The position numbers and the translations under genes were made by a program. The notes under the pieces are model-generated. The model did no database searches and was not told where the DNA came from. It saw nothing but the letters and a program-made list of their open reading frames with translations. Below, piece after piece: positions 31,595-32,000 of a DNA stretch of 32,000 nt (its first letter is position 1; each line of letters opens with the position of its first letter). Origin of the DNA: Ferroglobus placidus DSM 10642 (lineage in GTDB: Archaea; Halobacteriota; Archaeoglobi; Archaeoglobales; Archaeoglobaceae); the NCBI RefSeq assembly GCF_000025505.1, contig NC_013849.1:450001-482000 (forward strand), written 5' to 3'.

Positions 31595-31948
31595 ATGACA
31601 GCTGTGCCATCTGGTGCCGCAGCTGCAGCCGCTGGGGGGGCGGCAGCAAGAGCAGCAGCAAGTGCGCAGAAGTTCACTTTTGGCTTTCTCATCTTTGAGC
31701 CTGAGGAATTTCTGAAGCTCGTGAAAACTGCAAGAGAAACAGATGGCAGGGCAGTCGTCATTCTTGTAAAAAAACGAAAGGGAGTGGTTAACAGAAAAGA
31801 TGAGTACATCTACGCCGCCAAATACGCTGATTTCACAATCCTGACCAGAAGCGAAACACCTCTAGCACTGCCGTCAAAAACCGAGCTGATTGTGAGCAGA
31901 GACATAGTACTGCCGGTAGCAGTCATGCACGCTTTGAAGATGCTTTGA
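31595..31948 (+). CDS. hypothetical protein (117 aa), Ala-rich N-terminus, weak tail (..VMHALKML)
   Basis: ORF with start context gaggtgtttttccATG. N-terminal SGAAAAAAGGAAARAAASA is low complexity. Confidence 0.55.
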   Translation: MTAVPSGAAAAAAGGAAARAAASAQKFTFGFLIFEPEEFLKLVKTARETDGRAVVILVKKRKGVVNRKDEYIYAAKYADFTILTRSETPLALPSKTELIVSRDIVLPVAVMHALKML

Positions 31949-31952
31949 GAGC

Positions 31953-32000
31953 ATGCGCCGCCCGGTCTGCGAGCTTTGCGGGATTCCCGGAGATCTGACA
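31953..32000 (+). CDS. start of a further ORF (MRRPVCELCGIPGDLT...), truncated by the window end
   Basis: ATG lies 5 nt after the previous stop, and a CxxC pair is present. Only 16 codons are visible. Confidence 0.3.
   Translation, partial: MRRPVCELCGIPGDLT

Noticed and set aside
5340-31948. Shared C-terminal tail considered as a PGF-CTERM/archaeosortase, PEP-CTERM or tail-anchor membrane signal, or as a C-terminal PIP box or HbYX motif
   Set aside because: The hydrophobic run is only 6-8 residues, and the basic residues come before it, not after. The carriers have no N-terminal signal peptides. There is no Gln/aromatic pair as in a PIP box (QxxLxxFF) and no penultimate Tyr as in HbYX.
1-32000. 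Calling the region a prophage or integrative element with defined ends
   Set aside because: No integrase, att-like direct repeats, tRNA target or structural/packaging genes are recognisable inside this window. The boundaries, if any, lie outside it.

Overview
This is archaeal-type DNA: it carries a TFB gene, GGAGGTG-type ribosome-binding sites and oligo-T gene ends. About 50 genes are tightly packed, and all but one lie on the + strand. Recognisable genes are a RavA-like MoxR AAA+ ATPase with a ViaA-like VWA protein (1-2164) and a second MoxR (AAA_5) ATPase with an HExxH-peptidase/VWA-like (DUF2201-type) partner (3603-7325). There is also an 845-aa GHKL/Hsp90-like ATPase (18345-20882), a HAD-type phosphatase, a TFB with an N-terminal extension (26788-27828), and C2H2 and zinc-ribbon proteins. 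The rest of the recognisable set is an RHH protein, a PepSY / small membrane protein / double-wHTH trio, and one minus-strand secreted pilin-signal protein with a Pro-Thr linker and Cys/His-rich repeats. Most other genes are small acidic hypotheticals. I see no rRNA, tRNA, CRISPR array, integrase, replication gene or capsid gene. The main finding is that at least 15 otherwise dissimilar proteins, including the GHKL ATPase, end in the same extreme C-terminal peptide, roughly [KR]-K-x-L-L-x-x-[ILV]-[LI]-stop. These genes are separated by G+T-rich spacers (TTTTTGG units) followed by a near-identical ribosome-binding cassette (GAGGTGGTAGTATG). I read the locus as a previously undescribed tail-tagged protein set co-encoded with MoxR/VWA and GHKL ATPases, probably on a plasmid-, virus- or island-like element. 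Three low-GC blocks (about 7332-9740, 16379-17903 and 22200-23760) lack both signatures and look like secondary insertions. All functional interpretation is inference from sequence only.
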